Positions 48,513 through 58,359 are shown, counted from the stretch's first letter. The stretch is DNA of 64,000 nt from Raoultella sp. (GCA_039594335.1 JBCNNS010000007.1), one strand, 5' to 3'. Notes: generated from the sequence alone by a model not told the origin. Numbers and translations are program-made.

Positions 48513-50339
48513 TCAGGCTCCTCGCGAAATGACAATAACCACCAACGCCGCCAGCTCTACCAGGGCCACACCGCGGAACAGCGCTGGCGCCGAGGCGCAC
48601 TGCCAGCCGGGAATCAGACGCACCGGATTCAACCAGTGACGCAATTTCAGCAGCGGCGCAAAGGCCTCTTTAACCGGCATGGCAAAACCGTGAGCGGTGA
48701 TAACCATCGATTTTTCATGATCATAGCCGCAAACCCATGCTGCACCGCGGGAGCGGGCCGGTAGCCGATCGCCTTTAAAGAAGAGCATCAGCAGGAACGG
48801 CAGCAGCGGACAGGCCAGCAGCAGAATGGCGATCAGCGGCTGCGACACCACGCTTGAGATCTGCACCTGAACCGGTAAAACCCCGATGACCAGGGTCAAC
48901 AACCATGGCGCGGCGACCCCGCCCGCCACGCAGCAGAGCGCGGCGAGTACCACGCTGACCGTCATCAGTCCCGGGGCGCGGGTGGCGTTCTCCGCTTCTG
49001 GCGTCCGCGGGGCGCCGAGGAAGGTCACACCGTAGACTTTCGCCATACACATCACCGCCAGCGCGCCGGTCATCGCCAGGCCAACGGCCAGCAGCGGCCC
49101 AAGCAGACGGCCGATAAAGGCGTCGCTGGTGCTCAGTTTGAAGAAGGACTGGTAGATAACCCACTCGCCAGCAAAACCGTTAAGCGGCGGCAGCGCAGCC
49201 ATCGCCATCAGGCCGACCAGCATAGCCAGTGAAATCAGCGGCATTCTTTTCCCTATCCCGCCCAGTTTTTCGATATCACGGTGGCCGGTACGGAACCACA
49301 CGGCACCGGCGCCAAGGAACAGCGTCGTTTTGAATAAACTGTGATTGATCAGGTGGTACATTCCACCGATGAAGCCCAGCGCCATCAGGCTATTGCTGTT
49401 GAGCGCCAGGCCGGTGACGAAGGTGCCAAGCCCCAACAGAATAATGCCGATATTTTCCAGGGTGTGATAAGCCAGCAGGCGCTGAATATTGTGTTCCATC
49501 AGGGCATACAGTCCGCCGATAAATGCGGTAATCATCCCCACGACCAGCAGCAAGATGCCCCACCACAGCGGCGGCGCGTTACCGGCAAGCGAGACCGTCA
49601 GCATGCCAAACAGCCCCACTTTCATCACCACCGTTGAGAACAGCGCGGCGGCCGGCGCGCTGGCACCGGCGTGCGCCTGCGGCGCCCAGCCGTGCAGCGG
49701 GATAACGCCCGCCAGCAGCGCGAAACCGACCAACGCCGGTAGCCACAGCAGCATATTTTGCGGACCGGGGGCAGCGAGCAAGCCAATCTGCGCCAGGTCG
49801 AGGGTGCCGTAGAACGACCATACCAGCCAGCAGCTCCACGCCATCAGCAGCGTTCCCAGACGTCCCAACGCAAACCACAGTTTTGCCGATTGCGCACAGC
49901 CGGTCAGAAATGCCCCGCACAGGGCCATCATCTCCGCCATGACCACCAACGTACCGAGGTTGGTCACTACCACGGCACAGGTTGCCGAAGCCAGCAGCAG
50001 GTTCACCAGCAGACCGTTGGCTTTCACCTGCGGATGGCGGTGCCAGGCAATATTGAACAGGGCGATGGGCAGTGCGCTGAGGCCGATAGCGAGCAGCCAT
50101 AGTGCATTGATGCCGTTGACCCTAACCGGTAAAGAGAGCGTGTGCAACATTCCGCCGCTTATCTGTCCCGGGGTTATCAGCGTCGCGATAGCAGCGACGA
50201 TCAGCATTGCGCTGGCCAGTGCGCCGCCGATCCCGGCAATCGCCCCGCTTAACGGTTTTCTCGGGCTAAAGATAAATGCCAGCACGCCGCTGGCGGCATA
50301 CCACAGCACCGCCTGGTTCACTAAAGAAATCACGCTCAT
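48513..50339 (-). CDS. hycC: Formate hydrogenlyase membrane subunit (NuoL-like)
   Basis: 608 aa polytopic antiporter-like protein, the same length as E. coli HycC. Confidence 0.95.
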   Translation of the reverse strand: MSVISLVNQAVLWYAASGVLAFIFSPRKPLSGAIAGIGGALASAMLIVAAIATLITPGQISGGMLHTLSLPVRVNGINALWLLAIGLSALPIALFNIAWHRHPQVKANGLLVNLLLASATCAVVVTNLGTLVVMAEMMALCGAFLTGCAQSAKLWFALGRLGTLLMAWSCWLVWSFYGTLDLAQIGLLAAPGPQNMLLWLPALVGFALLAGVIPLHGWAPQAHAGASAPAAALFSTVVMKVGLFGMLTVSLAGNAPPLWWGILLLVVGMITAFIGGLYALMEHNIQRLLAYHTLENIGIILLGLGTFVTGLALNSNSLMALGFIGGMYHLINHSLFKTTLFLGAGAVWFRTGHRDIEKLGGIGKRMPLISLAMLVGLMAMAALPPLNGFAGEWVIYQSFFKLSTSDAFIGRLLGPLLAVGLAMTGALAVMCMAKVYGVTFLGAPRTPEAENATRAPGLMTVSVVLAALCCVAGGVAAPWLLTLVIGVLPVQVQISSVVSQPLIAILLLACPLLPFLLMLFFKGDRLPARSRGAAWVCGYDHEKSMVITAHGFAMPVKEAFAPLLKLRHWLNPVRLIPGWQCASAPALFRGVALVELAALVVIVISRGA

Positions 50340-50944
50340 TTCACGCCCTCCTGTTGCGACTGAAACAGCGACATATCGCCAAGGTCGGTATTAAAGGTCA
50401 GCTCACGCTTGCGCTTGCTGGCCTGGGCGATATCGCGGATATCCACCAGCAACAGTGCTTTCGTCGGACAGGTGCGCACGCAGGCGGGTCCCTGCTCATC
50501 GAAATGGCACAGATCACATTTCACGGCGATAGCGCGCACGCCGGGCACCCAGTCGAGCAACGAACTGACGCGAGCTGGCGCCGGTGGCGCAGCGGGCGCC
50601 ATAGGGGTATTGGCGTTGGCCGGAATATCGAGCGGACGGCTGCCGGAAAATTCAATCGCCCCGAACGGGCAGGCAATACCGCACAGCTTGCAGCTTACGC
50701 ACAGGCTTTCATTCAGTTGCACCGCGCCATCGACGCGATTGATCGCATTAACCGGACACACGGCGGCGCAGGGGGCATCTTCGCAGTGGTGGCACATTTG
50801 CGGCGCCGATTCTTTTTCATTACGCATGACCTGCAGTCGCGGCATGGCCTGCAGGCCGTACTGCCGATGCGTCTCTGAGCAGGCGGCTTCGCAGGTGCGG
50901 CAGCCGATACAGACAGTGGAGTCAGCAATTACAAAACGGTTCAC
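50336..50944 (-). CDS. hycB: Formate hydrogenlyase Fe-S subunit
   Basis: 202 aa, MNRFVIADSTVCIGCRTCEAAC…, with four Cys clusters. Confidence 0.95.
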   Translation of the reverse strand: MNRFVIADSTVCIGCRTCEAACSETHRQYGLQAMPRLQVMRNEKESAPQMCHHCEDAPCAAVCPVNAINRVDGAVQLNESLCVSCKLCGIACPFGAIEFSGSRPLDIPANANTPMAPAAPPAPARVSSLLDWVPGVRAIAVKCDLCHFDEQGPACVRTCPTKALLLVDIRDIAQASKRKRELTFNTDLGDMSLFQSQQEGVK

Positions 50945-50964
50945 CGGGCAATCCTCGGGTGAAA

Positions 50965-51018
50965 GTCATTTTTGACGAAATCAGGGAGTTCAGATGTCAT
51001 TTTCGACACCTGTCGACA
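50965..51018. promoter_or_regulatory. FhlA-UAS-like repeats in the hycB-hycA intergenic region
   Basis: GTCATTTTTGAC and TGTCATTTTCGACACCTGTCGACA. FhlA binding between hycA and hycB (serving hyp) is reported for E. coli. I am citing that from memory. Confidence 0.4.
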
Positions 51019-51026
51019 CCTTACGA

Positions 51027-51476
51027 TTAATGGGCCAGCGCCAGATGGCTTAAATCCACCGGCTGGTCATGTTCCATGGCGTCATACAGACGGTCATAGA
51101 CGCTGGCAATAATGGCCAGGTAATGTTCCAGCACCTGTTCGCGCGAACGGTTGCTGAACCGGTCGTCAACAGTGCCATCGGATGCCAGCGTTGCTTTAGC
51201 AATCAATCGTTTATCATCACCATTTCGTGTTTCGACGTAGTACTCGATGGTGTGGTTGTTGAACCCTTCCGCCAGCGCGACATACACCTGAAAATGTTCA
51301 AACAGGACGAAGCACAGCTCTTTATCCGGCGCACAGCTCATCGCATGATGCAAACGCGCTTTTGACAGGGTGATGCCCTGAACCAGCGAATTGCAGTACT
51401 GACGCCACTGATCCTGATAGCGACGGTGACGGTCGGCGATGTAGTCCGCCTTTTCACTTATTTCCCAAATAGTCAT
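51027..51476 (-). CDS. hycA: Formate hydrogenlyase regulatory protein HycA
   Basis: 149 aa, MTIWEISEKADYIA…, first gene of hyc in synteny. Confidence 0.9.
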   Translation of the reverse strand: MTIWEISEKADYIADRHRRYQDQWRQYCNSLVQGITLSKARLHHAMSCAPDKELCFVLFEHFQVYVALAEGFNNHTIEYYVETRNGDDKRLIAKATLASDGTVDDRFSNRSREQVLEHYLAIIASVYDRLYDAMEHDQPVDLSHLALAH

Positions 51477-51511
51477 CTCGGTGTCCTCGGTTGCATGAGA
51501 TGCACCGTAAC

Positions 51512-51528
51512 TAGCACTTTTTATGCCA
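51512..51528 (-). promoter_or_regulatory. Sigma-54 promoter of the hyc operon
   Basis: On the minus strand TGGCATAAAAAGTGCTA has GG and GC separated by 10 nt. It lies ~35 bp upstream of the hycA ATG. Confidence 0.6.
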
Positions 51529-51577
51529 AATTTTAATTAGTTGATATTTAATGATTTTAATAAAAATTCGCGCCGTA

Positions 51578-51630
51578 CTGACATGTCGATGACATCCGTC
51601 AGCTGTCGTCATCGACAGTTCATCCGACAG
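51578..51630. promoter_or_regulatory. FhlA UAS-like repeats in the hycA-hypA intergenic region
   Basis: CTGACATGTCGATGACATCCGTCAGCTGTCGTCATCGACAGTTCATCCGACAG contains multiple TGTCG/CGACA and TGACA units ~100 bp upstream of the hyc sigma-54 promoter. An AT-rich, IHF-like stretch lies between them. Confidence 0.5.
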
Positions 51631-51641
51631 CAGCTATGACC

Positions 51642-51657
51642 TGGCCTCGTTATTGCA
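51642..51657 (+). promoter_or_regulatory. Sigma-54 promoter of the hyp operon
   Basis: TGGCCTCGTTATTGCA fits TGGCAC-N5-TTGCA. It lies 30 bp upstream of the hypA ATG. Confidence 0.6.
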
Positions 51658-51687
51658 TACATGGCCCATCGCGATACGGAGGCGACC

Positions 51688-52038
51688 ATGCACGAAATCA
51701 CTCTTAGCCAGCGGGCGCTGGAAATTATTGAACAGCAGGCGCAGCAGGCCGGCGCACATCGGGTTACCGGCGTGTGGCTGAAAGTCGGCGCATTTTCCTG
51801 CGTGGAAGCCAGCGCATTGACCTTCTGTTTTGAACTGGTGTGCCGCGGCACGCTGGCGGAAGGCTGTGAACTGCATATTGCCGAGCAACAGGCCGAATGC
51901 TGGTGTGAATCCTGCCAGCAGTACGTGCATCTCATCTCGCAGCATGTGCGGCGCTGCCCGCAGTGCCAGAGCGACACGCTGCAGATTGTGGCGGACGACG
52001 GCTTACAGATTCAGCGAATAGAAGTGATCCACGCTTAA
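51688..52038 (+). CDS. hypA: Hydrogenase nickel incorporation protein HypA
   Basis: MHEITLSQRALEIIEQQA… with two CxxC zinc motifs. Colinear with the 116-aa E. coli HypA. GGAGG RBS. Confidence 0.95.
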   Translation: MHEITLSQRALEIIEQQAQQAGAHRVTGVWLKVGAFSCVEASALTFCFELVCRGTLAEGCELHIAEQQAECWCESCQQYVHLISQHVRRCPQCQSDTLQIVADDGLQIQRIEVIHA

Positions 52039-52110
52039 TTTGAGTGTCTGATGGCAGCCAGCCAGTAAAGAGACACGCGAAGAATGACGGGATAGATCAG
52101 GAGTAAAACT

Positions 52111-52983
52111 ATGTGTACCACTTGCGGCTGTGGGGAAGGCAACCTTTATATCGAAGGTGATGAGCATAACCCCCACTCGGCGTTTCGCAGCGCCCCCTTC
52201 GCGCCAGCCCCGCGCCAGACCATGACAATTACCGGCGTCAAAACCGATAGCTTCTCCCCCACCCGCTCAGAGAGCGGCGACCTGCACTACGGCCACGGCG
52301 AAGCGGGCACCCATGCGCCGGGTCAAAGCCAGCGCAGGATGCTGGCAGTCGAAGTCGACGTGCTGGATAAGAACAATCGTCTGGCGGCCCGCAACCGTGC
52401 GCGCTTTGCCGCGCGCGGCCAGTTGGTGCTGAACCTGGTCTCCAGCCCGGGATCCGGCAAAACCACGCTGCTGAGTGAAACCTTGCTGCGTCTGAAAGGA
52501 AAAACCGCCTGCGCGGTCATTGAAGGCGACCAACAGACGGTCAATGATGCGGCACGCATTCGCGCCACCGGCACGCCAGCCATTCAGGTCAACACCGGGA
52601 AGGGCTGCCACCTTGATGCGCAGATGATTGCCGATGCCGCCCCGCGTCTGCCGCTGGCGGATAATGGCATTCTGTTTATTGAAAACGTCGGTAACCTGGT
52701 GTGTCCGGCGAGTTTCGACCTCGGCGAACGTCACAAGGTGGCGGTGCTGTCGGTCACAGAAGGCGAAGATAAACCGCTGAAGTATCCGCATATGTTCGCC
52801 GCCGCCAGCCTGATGCTGTTGAATAAAATCGACCTGTTGCCGTACCTCAACTTTGATGTGGCGAAGTGCCTTGCCTACGCGCGGGAGGTCAATCCGCATA
52901 TTGAGATCATTATGCTGTCTGCCACCAACGGCGAAGGCATGGATAAGTGGCTCAGTTGGCTGGAGGCGCAGACATGTGCATAG
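52111..52983 (+). CDS. hypB: Hydrogenase nickel-binding GTPase HypB
   Basis: 290 aa with the N-terminal [10 protein letters not shown] high-affinity Ni site and the [10 protein letters not shown]-loop. Confidence 0.96.
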   Translation: MCTTCGCGEGNLYIEGDEHNPHSAFRSAPFAPAPRQTMTITGVKTDSFSPTRSESGDLHYGHGEAGTHAPGQSQRRMLAVEVDVLDKNNRLAARNRARFAARGQLVLNLVSSPGSGKTTLLSETLLRLKGKTACAVIEGDQQTVNDAARIRATGTPAIQVNTGKGCHLDAQMIADAAPRLPLADNGILFIENVGNLVCPASFDLGERHKVAVLSVTEGEDKPLKYPHMFAAASLMLLNKIDLLPYLNFDVAKCLAYAREVNPHIEIIMLSATNGEGMDKWLSWLEAQTCA

Positions 52984-53246
52984 GCATTCCGGGGCAGATC
53001 TGCGCCATCGACGGCAACCTGGCGAAGGTCGAAGTGTGCGGCATCCAGCGCGAAGTCGATCTGACGCTGGTAGGAAGCGTTGACGGGCAGGGGCAACCGC
53101 GACTCGGCCAGTGGGTACTGGTCCACGTGGGCTTCGCCATGAGCATCATTAATGAAGCGGAAGCCCGCGATACCCTTGAAGCGCTGCAAAACATGTTTGA
53201 AGTCGAGCCGGACGTGGGCGCGCTGCTGTACGGCGAGGAGCGATAA
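52974..53246 (+). CDS. hypC: Hydrogenase maturation chaperone HypC
   Basis: MCIGIPGQI… N-terminus, 90 aa as in E. coli. Start trimmed from 52947. Confidence 0.94.
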   Translation: MCIGIPGQICAIDGNLAKVEVCGIQREVDLTLVGSVDGQGQPRLGQWVLVHVGFAMSIINEAEARDTLEALQNMFEVEPDVGALLYGEER

Positions 53247-54367
53247 TGCGTTTTGTTGATGAATATCGCGCGCCGGAGCAGGTGATGCAGCTGGTTGAGC
53301 ATCTTCGGGCGCGTGCGCATCTGCTGCCTCATACCGCCGGGCATCCGCTGCGCATTATGGAAGTGTGCGGCGGCCATACGCACGCCATCTTTAAATTCGG
53401 TCTCGATCAGTTGCTGCCGGAGAATATTGAATTTATTCATGGCCCCGGCTGCCCGGTCTGCGTCCTGCCAATGGGGCGTATCGACACCTGTATCGATATC
53501 GCCAGCCGCCCGGGGGTGATTTTCTGCACCTTCGGCGACGCCATGCGCGTGCCCGGCCAAAACGGCTCTCTGCTACTGGCGAAATCCCGCGGCGCCGATG
53601 TGCGTATCGTCTATTCACCGATGGATGCGCTGAAGCTGGCGCAGCAGAACCCGCAACGGGAGGTAGCCTTCTTCGGCCTCGGTTTTGAAACCACCATGCC
53701 CGCTACCGCGCTGACGCTGCGTCAGGCCCGCGAGCGCGACGTGGATAACTTTTTCTTTTTTTGTCAGCACATCACCCTGCTCCCGACCCTGCGCAGCCTG
53801 CTCGACCAGCCTGATAACAGTATCGATGCCTTTCTTGCCCCGGGCCATGTCAGTATGGTTATCGGCACCGAGGCCTACGGATTTATCGCCAGCGACTACC
53901 GGCGTCCTTTAGTGGTCGCTGGTTTCGAACCTCTTGATCTACTGCAAGGCGCGGTGATGCTGGTTGAGCAGACAATAGCGCAACGCAGTCAGGTCGAAAA
54001 TCAGTACCGCCGCGTGGTACCTGATGAAGGCAACCCGCTGGCACAAGCGGCGATTGCTGACGTTTTCTGCCTGTCCGGCGATAGCGAATGGCGCGGGCTG
54101 GGGGTCATTAACAACTCCGGCGTGCGCCTGACGCCCGCCTATCAGCGCTTTGACGCTGAAGCCCATTTTCAGCCGGCGCCGCAGCGCGTCTGCGACGATC
54201 CGCGGGCCCGCTGTGGCGATGTGCTGACCGGCCGCTGTAAGCCGCATCAGTGCCCGCTGTTCGGGCAAGTCTGTAACCCGCAAAGCGCGTTTGGCGCGCT
54301 GATGGTCTCATCAGAAGGCGCTTGCGCCGCCTGGTATCAATATCGTAGTCAGGAAAATGAAGTATGA
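53246..54367 (+). CDS. hypD: Hydrogenase maturation Fe-S protein HypD
   Basis: 373 aa with CGGHT, GPGCPVCV and FEPxD motifs. Confidence 0.96.
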   Translation: MRFVDEYRAPEQVMQLVEHLRARAHLLPHTAGHPLRIMEVCGGHTHAIFKFGLDQLLPENIEFIHGPGCPVCVLPMGRIDTCIDIASRPGVIFCTFGDAMRVPGQNGSLLLAKSRGADVRIVYSPMDALKLAQQNPQREVAFFGLGFETTMPATALTLRQARERDVDNFFFFCQHITLLPTLRSLLDQPDNSIDAFLAPGHVSMVIGTEAYGFIASDYRRPLVVAGFEPLDLLQGAVMLVEQTIAQRSQVENQYRRVVPDEGNPLAQAAIADVFCLSGDSEWRGLGVINNSGVRLTPAYQRFDAEAHFQPAPQRVCDDPRARCGDVLTGRCKPHQCPLFGQVCNPQSAFGALMVSSEGACAAWYQYRSQENEV

Positions 54368-55374
54368 AAAGCGTCCAGTTAGCTCACGGTAGCGGAGGTC
54401 AGGCGATGCAACAGCTGATCGCCTCCCTGTTTATGCAGGCTTTCGCCAACCCGTGGCTGGCAGAGCAGGAAGATCAGGCGCGTCTCGATCTGGCACAGCT
54501 TACCGCTCAGGGCGATCGTCTCGCCTTCTCCACCGACAGCTACGTTATCGATCCGCTGTTTTTCCCCGGTGGCGACATCGGCAAGCTGGCAGTATGTGGC
54601 ACCGCCAACGACGTGGCAGTCAGCGGCGCCCTGCCGCGCTATCTTTCCTGCGGGTTTATCCTCGAAGAGGGGCTGGAGATGGCCACGCTGGAACGCGTGG
54701 TCAACAGCATGGCCCGTACCGCGCAGGCCGCTGAGATCGCCATCGTCACCGGCGATACCAAAGTCGTCCCACGTGGTGCAGCGGATAAGCTGTTTATCAA
54801 TACCGCCGGGATCGGCGCCATTCCGACGGATATTCGCTGGGGCGCGCAGCAGATCGCTCCCGGCGACGTGCTACTGGCCAGTGGTACGCTGGGCGACCAC
54901 GGCGCCACCATTCTCAACCTCCGCGAACAGCTGGGGCTGGACGGCGCGCTGTCCAGCGATTGCGCGGTGCTGACGCCTTTAATTCAGACGCTGCGCGCCA
55001 TTCCCGGCATTAAAGCGCTGCGCGATGCAACCCGCGGCGGAGTGAACGCCGTGGCCCATGAATTTGCCGCCGCCAGCGGCTGCGGCATTGAACTGCATGA
55101 ACAGAAGCTGCCGGTGAACGAGACCGTGCGCGGGGTGTGCGAGCTGTTAGGCCTGGACGCGCTTAACTTCGCCAATGAAGGCAAACTGGTGATTGCCGTC
55201 GCCCGGGAAGCGGCTGAGGCCGCGCTGGCGCAGCTTCAAAGCCATCCGTTTGGCCGCCACGCCGCGATTATCGGCGACGTAGTCGAGCGTAGCGGGGTGC
55301 GCACGATTGGCCTGTACGGCGTGAAGCGTACGCTGGACCTTCCCCACGCCGAGCCGCTGCCGCGAATTTGTTAA
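54364..55374 (+). CDS. hypE: Carbamoyl dehydratase HypE
   Basis: 336 aa, PurM-like, with the C-terminal PRIC motif. Confidence 0.96.
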   Translation: MKSVQLAHGSGGQAMQQLIASLFMQAFANPWLAEQEDQARLDLAQLTAQGDRLAFSTDSYVIDPLFFPGGDIGKLAVCGTANDVAVSGALPRYLSCGFILEEGLEMATLERVVNSMARTAQAAEIAIVTGDTKVVPRGAADKLFINTAGIGAIPTDIRWGAQQIAPGDVLLASGTLGDHGATILNLREQLGLDGALSSDCAVLTPLIQTLRAIPGIKALRDATRGGVNAVAHEFAAASGCGIELHEQKLPVNETVRGVCELLGLDALNFANEGKLVIAVAREAAEAALAQLQSHPFGRHAAIIGDVVERSGVRTIGLYGVKRTLDLPHAEPLPRIC

Positions 55375-55386
55375 CGGGGGTAGGAT

Positions 55387-55504
55387 CCCCGGATTGCGGC
55401 TAACGCCTTATCCGGGCTACCGGCTACGCACGGAGCTGTAGTCCGGCTAAGCGCAGAACCTGCAGAACCTGTAGCCCGGATAAGCGCAGCGCGAGCCGGG
55501 AAAA
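55387..55504. repeat. REP/BIME cluster
   Basis: CCCCGGATTGCGGCTAACGCCTTATCCGGGCTAC, GTAGTCCGGCTAAGCGCAG and GTAGCCCGGATAAGCGCAGCGCGAGCCGGGAAAA. Confidence 0.65.
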
Positions 55505-55664
55505 GAACCAGAAAAGAATCAGACTTTCAGCATCATTATCCGACCCAAATCCGCGGGCAACCACGGATGGGCGAACGGCGGCGGCAACCGCTTCATTAAC
55601 ATACTATTATTTGTGTCACCACTTTCTTACGCGCCGCTTTGCGGGTGCGTTTTGGACTTAAGCA

Positions 55665-57737
55665 ATGTCGTATACACCATTGGGCGATTTCGGGCAGCAA
55701 GGGCTGTTCGATATCACCCGTATTTTATTACAGCAGCCTGACCTGGCGGCGCTGAGTGAAACACTGACCCGTCTGGTTCAGCAATCTGCGCTGGCGGATC
55801 GTGCGGCGATTATTCTGTGGAACGCCGGAAACCATCGCGCGGCAAGGTACGCCTGCGACGAAGCGGGCCTGCCGGTCAGCTATGAAGATGAGACCGTACT
55901 GGCGCATGGGCCAGTACGTCGCCTGCTGTCGCGTCCCGATGCGCTGCACTGTGACAATGCGACCTTTGTCGAGGCCTGGCCACAGTTGGCCAGTAGCGGA
56001 CTCTATCCACCGTTTGGCTATTACGGCCTGCTGCCGCTGGCGGCGGAAGGTCGCATCTTTGGCGGATGCGAGTTTATCCGCCACGACGCCCGCGCGTGGA
56101 CCGAGAAAGAGTTCCATCGGCTGCATACGTTTACTCAGTTGGTTGCCGTGGTGACCGAGCAGATCCAGAGCCGGGTCAGCAACAACGTCGATTATGATCT
56201 GTTGTGCCACGAGCGCGACAACTTTCGCATTTTGGTTGCTATCACTAACGCCGTGCTCTCCCGTCTGGATATCGATGAGCTGGTCAGCGAAGTGGCCAAA
56301 GAGATTCACCACTATTTCCGCATTGACGCGATCAGCGTGGTGCTGCGCAGCAACCGCAAGGGCAAACTGAATATCTACTCGACCCATTATCTCGACGCCA
56401 GCCATCCGGTGCACGATCAGAGCGAGGTGAATGAAGCCGGTACGCTGACCGAACGGGTGTTCAAAAGCAAAGAGATGCTACTGCTCAATTTACATGAGCA
56501 CGACTCGCTGGCGCCGTACGAAAAAATGCTTTTTGAGATGTGGGGCAACCAGATTCAAACGCTGTGCCTGCTGCCGCTGATGTCCGGCAATACACTGCTG
56601 GGCGTGCTGAAGCTGGCGCAGTGCGATGAAAAGGTATTCACCACCACCAACCTCAAGCTGCTGCGGCAAATTGCCGAGCGCGTGTCGATCGCCATCGATA
56701 ATGCCCTCGCTTACCGCGAAATTCAGCGATTGAAAGAACGGCTGGTGGATGAAAATCTGGCGCTCACCGAACAGCTGAATAATGTCGAGAGCGAGTTTGG
56801 CGAAATTATTGGCCGCAGCGAAGCCATGCACAACGTACTCAAACAGGTCGAGATGGTCGCCCAAAGCGACAGTACCGTTCTGATCCTCGGCGAAACCGGC
56901 ACCGGCAAAGAGCTGATTGCCCGTGCTATTCATAATCTCAGCGGCCGTAACGCACGGCGAATGGTGAAGATGAACTGCGCCGCGATGCCCGCCGGGCTGC
57001 TGGAAAGCGATCTCTTCGGCCATGAGCGCGGCGCGTTTACCGGAGCCAGCGCCCAGCGTATCGGCCGTTTCGAACTGGCGGATAAAAGCTCATTATTTCT
57101 CGATGAAGTGGGCGACATGCCGCTGGAACTTCAGCCGAAGCTACTGCGGGTTCTGCAGGAACAGGAGTTTGAACGCCTCGGCAGTAACAAGCTGATCCGC
57201 ACTGATGTCCGGCTGATCGCCGCCACTAACCGCGATCTCAGGCAGATGGTCGCCGATCGCGAATTCCGCAGCGATCTCTACTATCGTCTGAATGTCTTTC
57301 CGATCCACCTGCCGCCGCTGCGTGAGCGTCCGGACGATATCCCGCTGTTGGTCAAAGCGTTCACCTTTAAAATTGCCCGCCGCCTCGGGCGTAACATCGA
57401 CAGCATTCCGGCAGAAACCCTGCGGACACTGAGCCACATGGAGTGGCCGGGCAACGTTCGTGAGCTGGAAAACGTGATTGAACGCGCGGTGCTGTTAACG
57501 CGCGGTAGCGTGCTGCAACTGTCGCTGCCAGAGATGAATATTGAAGAGGAGACGATGGCGGCGGAGGTGCTTGCGCAAGAGGGCGAGGATGAATATCAGC
57601 TGATCGTCCGGGTGCTGAAAGAGAGCAACGGCGTGGTTGCCGGGCCGAAAGGGGCGGCGCAGCGGCTGGGGTTAAAACGTACAACGCTGCTTTCGCGCAT
57701 GAAACGCCTGGGCATTAATAAGGATGAGCTGGTATAA
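55665..57737 (+). CDS. fhlA: Formate hydrogenlyase transcriptional activator (sigma-54 EBP)
   Basis: 690 aa with GAF domains, an AAA+ module with GETGTGKE and GAFTGA, and a C-terminal HTH. Colinear with E. coli FhlA. Confidence 0.97.
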   Translation: MSYTPLGDFGQQGLFDITRILLQQPDLAALSETLTRLVQQSALADRAAIILWNAGNHRAARYACDEAGLPVSYEDETVLAHGPVRRLLSRPDALHCDNATFVEAWPQLASSGLYPPFGYYGLLPLAAEGRIFGGCEFIRHDARAWTEKEFHRLHTFTQLVAVVTEQIQSRVSNNVDYDLLCHERDNFRILVAITNAVLSRLDIDELVSEVAKEIHHYFRIDAISVVLRSNRKGKLNIYSTHYLDASHPVHDQSEVNEAGTLTERVFKSKEMLLLNLHEHDSLAPYEKMLFEMWGNQIQTLCLLPLMSGNTLLGVLKLAQCDEKVFTTTNLKLLRQIAERVSIAIDNALAYREIQRLKERLVDENLALTEQLNNVESEFGEIIGRSEAMHNVLKQVEMVAQSDSTVLILGETGTGKELIARAIHNLSGRNARRMVKMNCAAMPAGLLESDLFGHERGAFTGASAQRIGRFELADKSSLFLDEVGDMPLELQPKLLRVLQEQEFERLGSNKLIRTDVRLIAATNRDLRQMVADREFRSDLYYRLNVFPIHLPPLRERPDDIPLLVKAFTFKIARRLGRNIDSIPAETLRTLSHMEWPGNVRELENVIERAVLLTRGSVLQLSLPEMNIEEETMAAEVLAQEGEDEYQLIVRVLKESNGVVAGPKGAAQRLGLKRTTLLSRMKRLGINKDELV

Positions 57738-57775
57738 GTCCGCTAGTCACTTAATCAGCTGCACAAGGCGATTTT

Positions 57776-58186
57776 ATGGCGGTATCAGCAGGTAACCCAT
57801 TGACCGGCACGGTCAACGATCCAGTGGATTGCCCCTCGCTGGCGGCGCAAAACGGGTGGCGATCGTTACTCGCAGTAGCAAGGAGGCGCGGGGTCTGGTC
57901 GCCGGTAAAGAAGCCATCGCGCAGATTCGTAGATTAAAGCATCGTGGGTCGTGTTGGCCAACGAGGATGGCGGCCTGAAATGCTCCGCGCGCAACCCGTT
58001 TGCCGGTAGCGTCACCCACTTCACTGTTGGGGCGGTTAACGCGACGGCGCACATCAAAACCGACGCGGGCTTCGATATCGTCGCCCTGTCACCAATGAAA
58101 GTCCGGAAGAGATGAAACTGGTCGACGGCAGCCGGGTGATTGCACTGAGCACAGCCTCTGCCATTCTCATCGCTATTCGCGCGTAA
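57776..58186 (+). pseudogene. Two-TOBE-domain molybdate-binding protein (Mop/ModG-like), frameshifted
   Basis: TOBE-like pieces lie in four reading-frame segments spanning all three forward frames: MAVSAGNPLTGTV…, …LAGGAKRVAIVTRSSKEARGLVAGKEAIAQI, KASWVVLANEDGGLKCSARNPFAGSVTHFTVGAVNATAHIKTDAGFDIVAL, and TNESPEEMKLVDGSRVIALSTASAILIAIRA*. An 8-bp insertion (CGTAGATT, 57928-57935) and a 1-nt loss near 58088 restore the frame when corrected. Confidence 0.6.
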
Positions 58187-58260
58187 TCCGTAATCAAACG
58201 CCATCTCATACCAAACGGCGTTCTTTGTAGCTCCTTGCCATTTTCTGCTTACCCCAACAT

Positions 58261-58279
58261 ACAAATAATAATCATTTTC
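58261..58279. promoter_or_regulatory. Fur box upstream of sitA
   Basis: ACAAATAATAATCATTTTC matches 14/19 of GATAATGATAATCATTATC. Confidence 0.5.
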
Positions 58280-58300
58280 ATTTGTAAATAGCCTGTGCTA

Positions 58301-58324
58301 TATAACATAGCAATGGCTATAACA
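58301..58324. promoter_or_regulatory. MntR box upstream of sitA
   Basis: TATAACATAGCAATGGCTATAACA resembles the MntR palindrome AACATAGC-N-GCTATGTT. Confidence 0.5.
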
Positions 58325-58359
58325 GATGATTAATTAACCACATCAATGAGAGGGATCCT

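Noticed and set aside
57813-58264. Minus-strand ORFs of 79 and 132 aa between fhlA and sitA
   Set aside because: They are antisense to the TOBE-domain pseudogene and have no recognisable motifs. The TOBE similarity on the plus strand explains the region better.
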